Shown: one piece after another, positions 12,681 to 26,764 of the stretch
Position numbering within the stretch: the first letter of the stretch is position 1
Layout of the letters: the number at the start of each line of letters is the position of its first letter
DNA from: the human T2T-CHM13v2.0 reference genome, Homo sapiens
NCBI RefSeq assembly: GCF_009914755.1
Contig: NC_060935.1
Length of the DNA stretch: 64,000 nucleotides
Direction: 5' to 3' (one strand)
The notes under the pieces: generated by a model
Told to the model about the DNA's origin: nothing
Databases searched by the model: none
What the model saw: the letters and a program-made list of their open reading frames with translations, nothing else
Program-made: the position numbers and the translations under genes

Positions 12681-13702
12681 CAAATAGGGGATAGAAAATG
12701 TTTTGGAAATATTAGGAGATATTGGGCTCTAGTTGACTCAGCAGGCATTCAGAGGTTTTCTACCAAGGTCACACACACAAAAAAGGAATGTTTAAAGCAA
12801 ACATCACAAATTTTCCAACATTGCTTGGGGCCATTTTGATATTCTAGCAAAAACTGGAGTCATCTCGCAATTTTTAGACGGTTTAAAAATATTAGAAAGG
12901 CCTTGCTAGAATTCTGCCACTTCATGTTGGAAGAGGCTACCTCAAGTCTTAAAAAATCATGGCTTGCCAGTAAAACATGAGAATACAGAAAAAATAACAG
13001 GAAGATACGTTAAAAGAATAGAGACAGCAACCTCAGAATTGTTTTTTTCTGAGAGGACAAGACAAAAATTTGGACATAATTTATATTTAAGAAAACGTCT
13101 TAAATACTCTTCAGTAGGAAATGCTTCAATATCTTTAATCTTCTCAGGTGTTTCTCATAGATGAAACTAATCCCCATTGGGGGCTTGGTAACACACTGTG
13201 AATGATGCTCTCTCATTACCTGTCTCCTCAGGGACAAGGCTGCTTGGAGCATGACAGAATACATCCTCCTATTCTCAACCTGAGTCAGTGTCACCTTTCT
13301 CTCTTTGACCTTTTTCAGGAACTGCGGGGCTATCATTCTTAACTGACACTAATGCTCTCAGGCACCTTACTCCCCAGGACAACACCCATTGCTCTTTGGC
13401 TGTGACTAATGCTGAGAACTTCCTTCTAACAGGAAAAAATACTGTAAAAGAAAATGCTGACAATTACTGTAGTAGAATAAATAATGATGATATAATGCCA
13501 TCAATATACTTCTGCTCAACGGCATTCTTCCAATTTTCTCTCAGTGCTTTCTCCTTTTTCCTTTAAATAATCATTGCATTTTGTCCTCAAGTTGTCTTAT
13601 TTGAAACTTTTATGTCTTCCGCAAAACATAGGACTTATTTCCTGAGCTTTCATTGGCCATTTGATAAACTCTATTACAACCAGGCATTTGCTAATTTATT
13701 AA

Positions 13703-13874
13703 ACCATTTCTGAAAGTATGGTCCATGGACCAGGAGCATCAGAGTTACCCGTACCACCTGTTTCACAATGCAAATACAAGTGCCTCACAAAAACCACTGA
13801 CTTTCTGGGAATCTCTTTCTTAACCAGTAATCCAGATGATTCTTTTAGGTATCAAAAAAGGCTGAGAACTACTG
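13703..13874. mobile_element. MER5A/B DNA transposon
   Basis: ttctgaaagtatggtccatggaccaggagcatcag...tgagaactactg. Confidence 0.7.
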
Positions 13875-15319
13875 ATTTATTGTCTCTTTTGTATCAGGCA
13901 CTGTTTTGGACATTGGGAACATCGAAGTAGAGTGAGCATCATCATGAATGGAAACACTTTCTCTGAAAAAAGACATAAAACAATTGAAAGTCAGCAGTGT
14001 CTTTCTTGCAAAATATTATGAAGATCAGGACAATTAGAATTAGGTATACTCCAACTCCATTTTAGAATTTGCAATAGAGAAGGTATTAAAATGTTTTATT
14101 TTATTACTTAGAATTGAAATCTATGTTTTAGGATCTTAGCCTACTGATTACTTTTAAGTAGCTTGTTTAGATTTTATGTTGTTATGTCAAGATCATTTGC
14201 TATCATTAGTACTTTATAAACATTTGAGTTAATTTTTACTTAGAACTTTTAAAATAAAGATAAAAGATGGATTCATTTCCCTAGCTTTCTCACACAATCA
14301 TGCAAACCTTTCTTGCAATAAGTGTCTAAATTGTGTAATCGACATGAAAAGATCTGGAATTAGTAATTCCAGTGAGTATTTAGACGTAGTTCTTGCTCCC
14401 ACTTAAGTTTTAAAGACATGTTAAAACCATATGAAATAACTGAAGAATTCACTCATACAAAAAAAAGTTTATACATAAAACTTCAGAGGTTTCACAATCA
14501 GTTTTTAAGTATGAGAAATATAAAGTACAGTAGAACTGAATCATAAGGTATTTGTGGAAAAAATGGGGGGCAAAACAAGAGCATTCCGAGTGGATGGATT
14601 GATAAGAACAAATAAATTATTTACCAACAGGGAAAAAAACGAGATTGACAGGTATTATTCTATTTTGTAAAGTCAGATTCATAACGACCTGTGAAATGGC
14701 AGGCTGAGCAACTGGGTTGATATTTACAACAAGTAGTGAACTTTTCTGTGGAGCATTAAAGGCAAAACAAAACCAACTATAAATTATAAAATGATAGAGG
14801 CTAGTCAAGGTATCTGGCTTAAAGGTGAATTCTCCAGATAAAGAATGAAATTCCCAAATTCATATCGGCAGCACAGTTTGTAATGCCATCAGTTCAAAAA
14901 GGTCACCTAAAATCAGATTTTACAATTCTCAAAAGAGTAGAAATTTAGAGAGTGGCTTAAAACATGTAGACATATTTCCTAATTACTCTAAATATTTATC
15001 ATAATTCTGAGTATAATGTTGTTAAACTCATAATATGTTACCTTGGAGAAGTTCCAAACTGTGTTTTGCCATACTGAAAACAAAAAACAAAAATCTTGTA
15101 ACTTTCTACTGTTGGAATTTAGTAATTGTGAATACATCTGTCTAGTACCATCCCAAACTCATAAGACACTCAGATCCATTTAAGTTGCCTTGCCCAAAAT
15201 AACTATGTAATTTTTATACCTAGTCATAAATGTATAATTTTTTTTACTTACTATTTTTAATAACATCATTCCTTAACCTACTCCTATGCTCCACAGAGAT
15301 CACCTTTATAAACAGGGAC

Positions 15320-15530
15320 ATATAGTTTGGTGATGGAGACTTAGGTCTTTAACTTCAGGAGTGGCTTAAGTCTTGCATTTATTACTTACTAGCTATGCGC
15401 CTTGAAGTCACTTGACTATTCTATAAATTAGTTCATCCGTGAAATGCAAAAAGTAGTCCGTATAGGGTATTTTGAAAATTAAATTATCAACTGAAAAGTA
15501 TTTTTCATATAGGACACCCTCAATAAAAGT
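15320..15530 (+). mobile_element. MIR SINE
   Basis: acttactagctatgcgccttg...atagggtattttgaaaattaaat...ctcaataaa. Confidence 0.6.
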
Positions 15531-15539
15531 ATAAATATT

Positions 15540-15835
<296 letters not shown>

Positions 15836-16359
15836 TTATTATTTATTAGAAGCAAATGTAATTAGCCTGGTAGTTTTCAGAAAAACAATAATTTATATAT
15901 ACAGACTCTGATAAAAGTTTTTATTTTCATTAGTTTCATTCAAATAATTAAATCTGTCCCAGGAATAGCTTACAGATATTGTCAGATGCATTTGATATCT
16001 GAATTCAAATACTGGCCTGAATTTCTCTGAATACTGATTGATTTCAGTTTGTAATGTTCTTTGCGGTTTGACATGTATTAACTCTGAAAGGCTCTGGTGG
16101 AGGATCCGCAATTATGTTTTCAGTTTCTCCTTTTATTATGTAGCTTAAATAGCTATTGACTATGTTCTTTCAAGTACTGCTTTTGTTGCTAATAAAAGAC
16201 TCTACAGAACTTTTCAGTTCATTCAACTTCTTCATATACTATTTCAGGTACTAGGAAAAGCTAGAGATTTTACTTCTCCTAAGGAGATGTGCAAGAAAGA
16301 ACTGCACACTGATATATTGTGGAAAATAAAAGTTGCAACAATACAACTTAAAACAAATT

Positions 16360-17150
16360 GGCCGCCATGCCTGACTTTTGTAGCTGTGTAATCATAAAGA
16401 AGTAATTTATGCCCCTAGTCTTAGTTTTCTTATGTAGCTTATGGAGGTCGTAATATTTGCTCTACTTATTTCATAGAGATTTTCATAAGGAACAGATAAG
16501 ACCATGCACATTTAAAATTGAATAGCTGAAATCAAATGTAAATTGGCCTTATTATAACTAATATGTTTATCATTTATCCTGGCATCTTTTAATTTCTTAG
16601 CTCATGTTATACTTGTTAAATCAACCCTATAAGGTTTTTAAAATTATATCTATTTCTTGATGAAAAAGAAAAGATTGAAGAAATTAAGCCACTTGATAAT
16701 ACGTATTAGAGCACAATTTCAGACCTAGGTTTGTCTAACTTTGAGGTTTGAGCAATTTTCTTCAAAACTACCTCTAAACAATAGCTATTATAAGGAAAAT
16801 ATACTTGATTTTCATGAAGTAAAAAAACAAAATTCAGCAATTCTGTTGAAAATTTTAATTACATTATGTAACATTAGTTTTGATGGTTAGGTTTAAAAAT
16901 ATAGTTCTTTTAATAAGAAATATATTGCAATATTTTTATATATTATCCTAACAACCTTGTTAGGGAGACATCATGAAGTCAGACTGTGTGATTTCACAAC
17001 CTAGTTTAGTTCCTACCTGCAAGACATTTTTAGGCTAATTATTCTCATCTTAAAATAGGTGCTTTGGGAATGGAATTAAATGAGCTGATTCATGTAAAGG
17101 GATTTAACTGGGTGCCGGACCTGTCATAAACTCTTAACGTAAGTTCGCTA
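16360..17150. mobile_element. Cluster of three MIR fragments (+, -, +)
   Basis: MIR core motifs at about 16360-16520, 16600-16760 (reverse) and 16960-17150. Confidence 0.5.
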
Positions 17151-17225
17151 ACATTTTAATATGTATAGTAATGTTCTATTGAATTGAGAAAAATATTTTA
17201 CTTAAGAAAAACAATGAAAAAGGCA

Positions 17226-17410
17226 GTGGTAGATACGTGTTTACCATTTTACTAGTTTTCTTTGGCATCCAGAAAGACTGCATTTTCAATCTTCCTTCTC
17301 AGTGTTTGAGGACAATGTAACTGTGTCCTCACCAATGAATAGGAGGTAGAAGTAACCTAAGCCACCTTCGGACCTGAAGGTTTAAAACTTCTGCATGATT
17401 TCCTGCATTT
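17226..17410 (+). mobile_element. MLT1J-like LTR 5' fragment
   Basis: agactgcatttt...atgtaactgtgtcctcaccaatgaataggaggtagaagtaac. Confidence 0.5.
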
Positions 17411-17479
17411 TTAAGGCAGTCAATATAAAAGCATGGAAGGATTTCTACTTGATCATGCCACCTTACTCCTACAATCTGT

Positions 17480-18180
17480 TGTTTTGTCATCTCTAAAAAT
17501 ATGGATTTTTATAAAAATAATAAACTGTAATTATCCACAGAAAATTTAATACAAATTCTTGGGTATCAAATAATACTACATTATTCACATAAATACATAA
17601 AAGTGTTTTCCAAATTGCAAGAATTACTTTTACAAAATTTACCGGATTTTTGATCCAATAACAAAATCCATTTAATATAAAGTTATGTTTTGTAACTCTT
17701 GTTAAATTTCAAACACATTCTTTATGCCACTGAGAATGGCAGAAATAGGTCAGAATCTCATTGTCAGTGTTTTGCCGTTTGAATATGGCAATGTTTGCTT
17801 CATTGTGCTTTTAGTTAACTTGTTCTTCTATGCTTAATATTCCCTGTGAATGAAAGTTATTTAAAAAGACTGATTAGATCTAGACTCTGATTTTGACTAG
17901 ACTACTTTAGTTGTTTCTATGCGTTTCATATGCATTCCATCAGGAGACCCCCAATATGTAGGGGCATTGATTTAGATCAGATGGTGACAGCCTCGTTCCT
18001 TCTGTTGTTGGTTTCATCCACTGATGATTGTTGACTAATCTGTACATTTTATAATGCACAATAGGAATGTTCTAATTTTAATCATCCTTTCCACATTTAA
18101 AAACTGGAATTCTATCTTTCATCAATTGAAAAACAGTTAGATATAGGACAAATTCATTTAATTATTTTCCAAATTTATCT
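17480..18180 (-). mobile_element. L1MC4/5-like 3' UTR fragment
   Basis: tgcattccatcaggagac...agatggtgacagcct...ttcatccactgatgattgttg. Confidence 0.5.
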
Positions 18181-19399
18181 TTGCAATGTATTATATATTT
18201 AATTATTTATATATTGTAATATATATATATGATATTGTTAAGTAAAAATGAAGATGAGATGATATTGTTAGTAAAATAGTCCATGTACAGTTGACATTTT
18301 AAAAGGTAACATGAAACTAAAATTAGCTTTATTTTAGAGAGTTAGATTTTGGTAAAACAGGGATTTTTAAAATTCAAAATTGTTATTAAGGAGACATTTT
18401 ATTCTTTAAAATAAAAAAAACTGATTGTAAATTATCAGTGACTGAAACCTACATCTCTTAAGAAATGTATTAATATAAATTTCTCTACATTTTTGACACA
18501 GGTGAACAGGAGAGTTACTGTAAAAACTGAGACAACAAAACAGCCAGAGGCATGAAAAGAAAAAGAATCCCGCATGAATAGCTTGCTATATGTAATTTGG
18601 TTAGGAACAATTCACAGGTTTTGACAGCTTTATTAGAGTTCCATTTTAGTAAGATTCAGGTGAAAGTGAGGTCATCACTTTAAAACAAAAATCCTGAGAA
18701 CATACCCAGATGGACTCACATAAATGATGTATACTAATGTCGTCAAGTAAATATTTTAAAGAGTTAATTGCTTTCTTTATTAAAAACTGGATTTAAATAC
18801 TCCATTATTTCATAAGAATAAAACAACTACAACACCGCCACAACATAAAAAGTGTTTACCTTAATGTATTATGAACACCAGCAGTGAGTTCCAGTAATAT
18901 CTTGCACTTCTGAAGATGTGTAAGTATACTAAGGAACATGCTTAACTTAGAACTCACTAATGGAAGTTACAGAGATTTATTCAGATCCATGTTAGCATGC
19001 TTGATACCCTTAAGCACACTAACAATATACAGCATCTGCTTTCAGGGATGTTTTTACCTCTTGTACTAGTTTCAGAAAGCCCATGTCTGAATAATTCCTA
19101 AGTAATGGTTTTTTAGCTTACTCTATAATTTTGATTTTGAGCCTGACTAAATAAAACCTTTTTAAATAGACAGTGGTTTTATTATTATTCTTATTTTACT
19201 GATGCAAACAATCAAGGTATGTGCAGTAAGATGTCTTACCAAATGTCACCCATTTAGTATGAGGCTAAGCTGGATTTCAAATGCTAAATTTATTCCTCTT
19301 ACCATCTTCTGCCTCCCATAATGAAGACTAATTATCTTTGTGTTGCAAATGTAGATTTATAAGTGCCAATTAATAGAAATTAAATCCTGGTCAAAATCC

Positions 19400-19760
19400 C
19401 ACTAGAGAATAGACTTTCCTGCGTTTATCAATTCAGCTTCATTCTCTCTCACTAAAGACTGACTGGTTTAAAGGTTAAAGCCCGTCAGCCCCTGAAACTA
19501 AGTGATAACCAATCCGTAGATCAGTGTCAGCTTTATTATTATTCTTCACCAGACACCCCTAATCATTTTCTGTGTCTGACATTTGAATCCCTGCACAAAA
19601 ACAATTTGCACAACTTTAATCCCCCCTCCCATTTAATCCATCACATACTGTGACACCTGATAGTCCCACTGTGAGCAGCCTGTGAAATATGTCAGCTTTA
19701 TCTCTGATTTACACTGGATTCTGCTAACAATAAATGCCATTGCTGAATGTATTCTAACCT
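19400..19760. promoter_or_regulatory. Candidate conserved non-coding enhancer
   Basis: Non-repeat segment with clustered TGTCAG x3, TAATCC x2, TGATTTAC, AACAAT x2 and TGACACCT motifs. Function is inferred only. Confidence 0.45.
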
Positions 19761-21849
19761 CTCTAGACTTGCAAGATTGAAGTAAGTGTCATTTTCTTTT
19801 CGTAATCAGTGCCTTTTTCTTAGATGAACACAGAGAACAGTGAGTATGGAAGTATCCAACAGTTCAGAGATGATTTTAACAATTTATGCTACCAAAATCT
19901 GTAGTTTGATGAGTACATAAGAGGTATGATAAAATATTGTTTTCCTGTTTCAACCACATGTTGGTCTTACCTAGGCTTCATCTATATCCTTTTGTTATTG
20001 GCTTTCTTTGGAAAATTAGTATCAACTTTAAACTTTTTGCTACAATAATTCACAAAAGATCCTATAGGTAGATGTTATTTCAGGAACATAAATATCCTGT
20101 TGAAGCTAAAAGTGGTGGTAATATCTGAAGACTGATAGCATTAGGATAATATAGAGTAGTGGTGGGCTTGGGAGAAAGACTTATATGGGGATTTCAGCAG
20201 CATACAGTAGTAATTTACAATATATATTATTCAATATATGTAGAACATACAAACATATGTTAATAATTTTACTCTATAACTGAGAAACAGAGAAAGCCTC
20301 AAAAAAATAAGCAACACGATGTAATGCCAATGGTAGATATTAGGGCACCCAATTAATTCTGAAACATTGGCAATTAAAAATAAAGAATTTGGAGTTTCTA
20401 TAAAACAACATGTATATTAACAATATTATACATATACACATAAAGTTTATAAAGCCAAATTTGGTAAATAATTAGATGAGTCTTATGAATAAAAAGCATA
20501 AATGCTAGTATATTAATAATAAAGACAATTAGAAAATTCATTGAGATAATTGGATTGATCTATATGCACTAAAATGGAAAACTAATGTATACTAAGTAAA
20601 CAACGTCATTTAATTTATATAAATAAATGCATATAATTTCAGTTTTTCATATATGCAAAATATGATTCTAAATATGTAAAAAATCATATGAATAGGAAGG
20701 CACAGAAAGAGGAGTGAAGTATAAATATAGCAAACTAATAGCGTTGCTTACATTTGGAAGGGTATATATAGAAAGCAAAATAGTCCAGAGATAGAACACA
20801 AAATGAAATTTTTGTGTTTTACTCCATAAGTGTTTTATTACCTGATTATTATACAATAACTATTTTATTTTGCAATTAAAAATAAAAATGTATTTTTCTT
20901 CCACAAATAGTTAATGTAATTTCAAAACGTGGTTATATATGACTTTATAGTTTAGAGACAAAAGCACAAGTGCATATTATTCTTAGATATCTGATATTAT
21001 ATTAAGAAAGATTTAATGATATATAGCATTTATAGAACTTTTATTAGGATGTCAGCTGTTCTCCAGTAATTGACATGAGAGTAGGTAATTTCTTATCACT
21101 GTCTCCCTCTCTTTTTATTTTTTATTATTTTTGAAATATTTTTCACAATTGTTATTGACTTTATTTTTCCCTTTTTAGTAATATTCTATTTATTTGCCTT
21201 TACAAACTTTAACACTTCTCTGATAGTTTTTAATCATAGTTTTTTTTGCATGTTAATAATTTTCACTCTGTATTCTAGTGGTGTGTTATTGTCTAAAACA
21301 TGAATAAAATTCCTAGAATCCTTTAATTCTCTCTCCTCAATCTTCTTTCTTAACTCTGAAGAGAACTTACGATTAATTTTAAAAGTAATTTGACTTTCAA
21401 AATGGAATGTATAGATGATTTGGGAATAAGAACAAGTTCCCACTTTAAAGCACTCAAGGTAAAAAAACAAAAACAAAAACAAAAACAAACTGGTGTTAAA
21501 CCAACATTAAATCTTCATGAAAAATACCCCTTTGAAAGAAAGCTACAAGTGCATCAGAGTGATGGGTTTTTGACATAAGATAATATTGCTTTTAATTTTA
21601 GTTACATTCACTGACATGTAGGTTTCTGTGACACAGAGATGGAAGCTAACTAAAAACAGAGGCTTGATAGAAAATTCCTTAATGATGATTCATCACAATC
21701 AATGATCTGAGTTGAATATTCACCAATAAAAAAAGAATACAAATGAATGTGTGATTGTTCTAAAATTAAAAACTTTTACCTTTATTGAATGTTTTAAACA
21801 CCTAATAATAATAATTTTTTCTGATTTACAAAATATCAACTATTTTAAC

Positions 21850-22005
21850 TTTTCAACCTAATAGCTTTGTGAAACAGGGAGGAAATTTCATGGTATATTT
21901 CAGAGATAAGGAAAATTAGCCTCAGAGAAATTTACTGACTGGCTAAGTAACAGAGTTAGAAAAGGTAGAAGCTATATTTCAAATTGAGACTCCATAGTGT
22001 TACAT
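21850..22005 (-). mobile_element. MIR SINE
   Basis: atttcagagataaggaaaattagcctcagagaaatttactgact (reverse MIR core). Confidence 0.6.
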
Positions 22006-22731
22006 TTTATATCAAAAAGAATTAACTGATTGTATTTTTCAATCCTTAATACATTAAATTATTTGAAATAATTGGCTAAACTAGAAGATAAATATTTTAG
22101 TGTTTCACCTCATTGATTATGTAAGGGTGAAAAACAAAACGCATTCTAAAAAATATTAATAGACTTGCACTGTTGTGTTAAATATACTATGCACAAAGAT
22201 ATTTGTATTCACAGATAGATAAAGATTTAAGCAATGCTTTAACTGGTAAGTTAACTTAATTAAACACTTTTAAATAAAATTTGTAAGAAATGGAAGTGAT
22301 TAGATGGTAATTTTATAAATATGAATTTATGTAATTTAAATATGTATGTTCTCTATTCATCAAATTTCTTATCTATATGAATAGGGTAATATTAGTGCTA
22401 ACTCACTGGATTATTGGAAAGAATACATAAAATAATGCATGTAAATATACTTGAAAGATCCAATAAATATTAATTATTAACACTATTTTTCTTCTTTTAC
22501 TGCTGCTTACTAGCCTAGTTGATCAAATTAAGCATTATATAAATGTTGTGTATGAGAGAACTAGTATGTAGCTAGAGCCAATAATGGATATTTGGGTTTT
22601 TTGTTTTGTTTTGTTTTGTTTTGCTTGAATGCCACTAAAGAAAATGAGATACAGGTAAGGGCAAATGACAAATAGAAATCATCATTTTGGTCTACTGTAA
22701 AAGCTATTTGTTGATGAACTCATAATACCAT

Positions 22732-23284
22732 TGTAATGGTTAATACCGAGTGTCAAGTTGATTGGATTGGAGGATGCAAAGTATTGTTCCTGGGTGTGTC
22801 TGTGAGAGTGCTGCCAAAGGAGATTAACATCTGAGTCAGTGGACTGGCAGAGGCAGACCCACCTTCAATCTAGGGTGGGTACCATCGAATCAGCTGCCAG
22901 TGTGGCTAGAGTGGCAGAAGCAGGCAGAAGAAAGTGGAATGAGGAGGCTTGCTGAGTCTTCTGGTCTTCATCTTTCTCCTGTGCTGGATGCTTCTTGCCC
23001 TTGAACATCAGACTCCAAGTTCTTCAGCTTTTGGACTCTTGGACTTACATCAGTGATTTGCCAGGGGCTCTCAGGCCTCCAGCCACAGACTGAAGGCTGA
23101 ACTGTTAGCTTCCCTACTTTTGAGGGTTTGGGACTCAGATTGGTTTCCTTGCTCCTCAGTTTGCAGACGGCCTATTGTTGGACTTCACCTTGTGACTGTG
23201 TGATTCAGTTCTCCTAATAAATTCCCCTTTATACATGCATATATCCTATTAGTTTTGTCCCTTCAGAGAACCCTGACTAATACA
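22732..23284 (+). mobile_element. MLT2A2 solo LTR (HERV-L)
   Basis: tgtaatggttaataccgagtgtcaagttgattggattg...gagaaccctgactaataca, 553 bp. 5-bp TSD ACCAT at 22727-22731 and 23285-23289. AATAAA near 23215. Confidence 0.92.
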
Positions 23285-24855
23285 ACCATGTAGAGCTTTA
23301 AACCTTTAATGCCATGCAAATTCTTTTTCCTGAGCATTTCTTTTTGACTAGAAAGTAGTTCAAAGTGAAAATAAATATTGTATCAAAGACAGAGTTCCCT
23401 AAAATGTAGTTAATCATGATGTGGCACTTTGCACATACATGAAATGCCATTCAGATGTCTAAAATTTATTTCCATTTTAGGAACATAGTTTTGAGATAGT
23501 TTAATGAATAATCATTCTCATTTTAACTTGACACATTTGTTACAACCAAAACTTAGGATTCCAACTGTAGTTGTATGTCTACATATTTATCAATTTTTCT
23601 AGGTTGTTTCTAGTTTGAAAGCATTCCACACTAACACAGAGATGTTGTTTGTGTCCAGACATTATGTCCTAATTTGCTATATTCTGGAAATTTTGTAAGC
23701 CAAACAGAGGTGGTCAAAGAATAAATTATAATTTTTCTCTGTCATGAAGGAATCCACAGAAAACAGGCATACATACCAATTACTGTCATATAAATAATAA
23801 AGCAATGATAATGATATTTAATATTTATTGAGAATCTGTGAAGATTTAAGTTGCAAATTATATATTAATTGAAATATTCATTGTTTTAATTAAGATTTAC
23901 AACTATTAATTGGTAAATATTCTTATATTAACATATATATATATATAGTTGTACAGGTTATTCTAATTGGGCTTTTAATCTTGAAAGCCTTACATAATTT
24001 AACCAAAGTAATACAGCTAGAGAATTTCAAAATCAATGTCTTTCAAAGTAGGTACATTTGACTACAATTTTCCTACTCTTTATCAGTTCCAAGCATTGTC
24101 GCTTTATTATAATATAATAATGATACTAAAGAAAAAATGTAAACTAGTTTAATATAGTTCGGAGATAGAATAGCAAAGTGCTATTGTGTAGTGGGAGAAG
24201 AAAAAAAAAAAAGCCTAGTGGAATTGAGAGAGATTTCAAAAAGTGGTAATACCAATCCTGAACCTTGAGGATGTTAAACTTAGGATTTTTTGTTTGTTTG
24301 TTTGTTTGTTTTGTTTTTTTGGCGGGAGAGGTGAGTAAGTGTAGAAGTGCCCCATACTGGAGGGAAGTGAGTTAGAAATATTTTTTGACATTAGGCACAT
24401 GGAATGATATTCTCCTTGGTGTGTAAGGATATTAGATTAGTGAGACAATAAAAAGGGATTAGCAAAACTTAAAAATATATATAAGCAAAAAAAGGATAAT
24501 TTGTGTTAGCATAGATCTAGCAAATCAGTTACTCTCACATCTATTTTTTTTTCTGGTTTAAATTAGTATACACATTCTACACAGCCATTTATACAGTAAG
24601 AAATTAACCATAAATTGAGGAAAATATCTTCCAAAGTGTAAAGAATTTTAATTTTTGTTTTATTTTTAATTTATTTCAGGAAGATGCACTTGCAATCTGT
24701 TTAATGGTCAGTAAAATATATTGGATAAATACCAGAAAACATAATGTTTTTTAAAGTATGGTTAAAATATTTACTAACTTATTATTATTTAAGTAGATAT
24801 TTTTGTTATGTAATATTTTTAGTTCCCTGGCCTATGGAACAATATATTAATTTAA

Positions 24856-25152
<297 letters not shown>

Positions 25153-25189
25153 CTATATTTGTTTATTTAATATGAAATAGATTTTTTCA

Positions 25190-26737
25190 GGGCTGGACAA
25201 GATGGCTGACTAGAAGCAGCCAGGTGGAATAGCTGCCACTGGGGGACCGAGAAGACTGGTGCACTCCTCTTCAGAGGAAAGACGCAGAAACTGGGCTGAA
25301 GGGAAGAAAGCTGTAAACTCTGTATAGGGCTACCTTGCACTGGGACTCATTCCTGGTCCCCTATGACCCCAGGATAACTGGTGAGTTGAAGTAGCAAGGA
25401 GCAACCCGCTCTTGCCATGAGCCTCTGGAATCCAGGCAGGAGGTGACCCCTTGACCACCACAGACAGTAGAGTTAGCAGGAAGCACTGTTTGGAGAAGTG
25501 GTAGGAGCAGCAAGCCAGCTGACGTGAGCTCAGAAGATTTTGTACAGGAACTTCTATAGCGGGGCACAGCCAGTGACATTTATCCTCCTAAGCTCGACTT
25601 CTTCCATAGGAAACTGGCCCTAGGGGAACTGTCAGACCTGAACTCTGCAAGGTGATCTTCCCCTTGACCAGATGGGGCTGTTCTGACCTGAGTACTGCTT
25701 GGTCTGCTGGCTTCTCACAGGGTTCCAGCCTGGCTGCACCTGCTTGCAGGGTAGCCTCAGCTGCCCTTGGGGCCCGCATCATAGTTCCAGTACTGGTGGA
25801 CTGTGCATGACTGGTGGAAAGCTCCAGTAGGCTGAACCCCCTGGCCATGCACCAGCCCACTAGCTCCCTCCTGTTACTGCAACTTCCCCAGGGACAATGG
25901 CCACTCCAGATATCACTTTGCTGGTTTGTGGGCCAGGCAGGTTTTGCCTTCCTTGCACAGCCAATGCATGTGTATATGTTCACCATGCCCAGTCACTGCT
26001 GAAGGGGGAGCCACTCTGCCCTCTCTTGGCCTGCCATACTGCCATTGCAGTCAGAACCTTGGCAAACACAGAGCCAGCCAGCCCCACCCCCACCAGTGCT
26101 GGCCTCTGCACCAAAACTGCCATGGGAGTAAAACTAGGGCAGAAAATGCTGGACCCTCCCCTGCGCTAAGTGACCACCTGTACAGGCAAAAACAGAACTA
26201 CCATTTGACTCAGTAATCCCATTACTGGGTATATACCCAAAGGGATGAAAATTGTTCAATTATAAAGACACAGGCACTCATATGTTCATTGCAGCACTAT
26301 TCAAAATAGCAAAGACATGGATTCAAATTAAATGCCCAACCGTGGTAGACTGGATAAAGAAAATATACCCCATGGAATACTATGCAGCCATAAAAAAGAA
26401 TGAAATTATGTCCTCTGCAGGAACAAGGATGAAGCTGGAGGCCATTGCCCTTAGCAAACTAACACAGGAACAGAAAACCAAACACCACGTGTTATCACTT
26501 ATAAGTGGGAGCTAAATCATGAGAATACATGAACACAAAGTGGGGAATATTTTACACTGGAGCCTATCAAAGGGTGGAGGATGAGAGGATAGTTAGGAGA
26601 AGAAAAAACTAATGGGTACTTGGATTACTGCCTGGGTGATGAAATAATGTGTACAACAAACCCCATGACATAGTTTACTTGTACAACAAACCTGCACATG
26701 TACAACTGAACTTAAAACAAAAGTTTTTTTTTTTTAA
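25190..26737 (+). mobile_element. L1PA15/16-like element: about 1 kb of 5'UTR fused to about 550 bp of the ORF2 end and 3'UTR
   Basis: Starts gggctggacaagatggctgactagaagcagc. At about 26188 it switches to aaaaacagaactaccatttgac (ORF2 C-terminus; ORF 26252-26515 ends ...SLISGS). Degenerate TSD at 25174-25189 and 26738-26753. Confidence 0.85.
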
Positions 26738-26764
26738 GATGTAGCTTTATTCACAGGGCACTAT

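Noticed and set aside
25361-26216. Several overlapping ORFs on both strands
   Set aside because: These come from GC-rich L1 5'UTR sequence, where stop codons are scarce.
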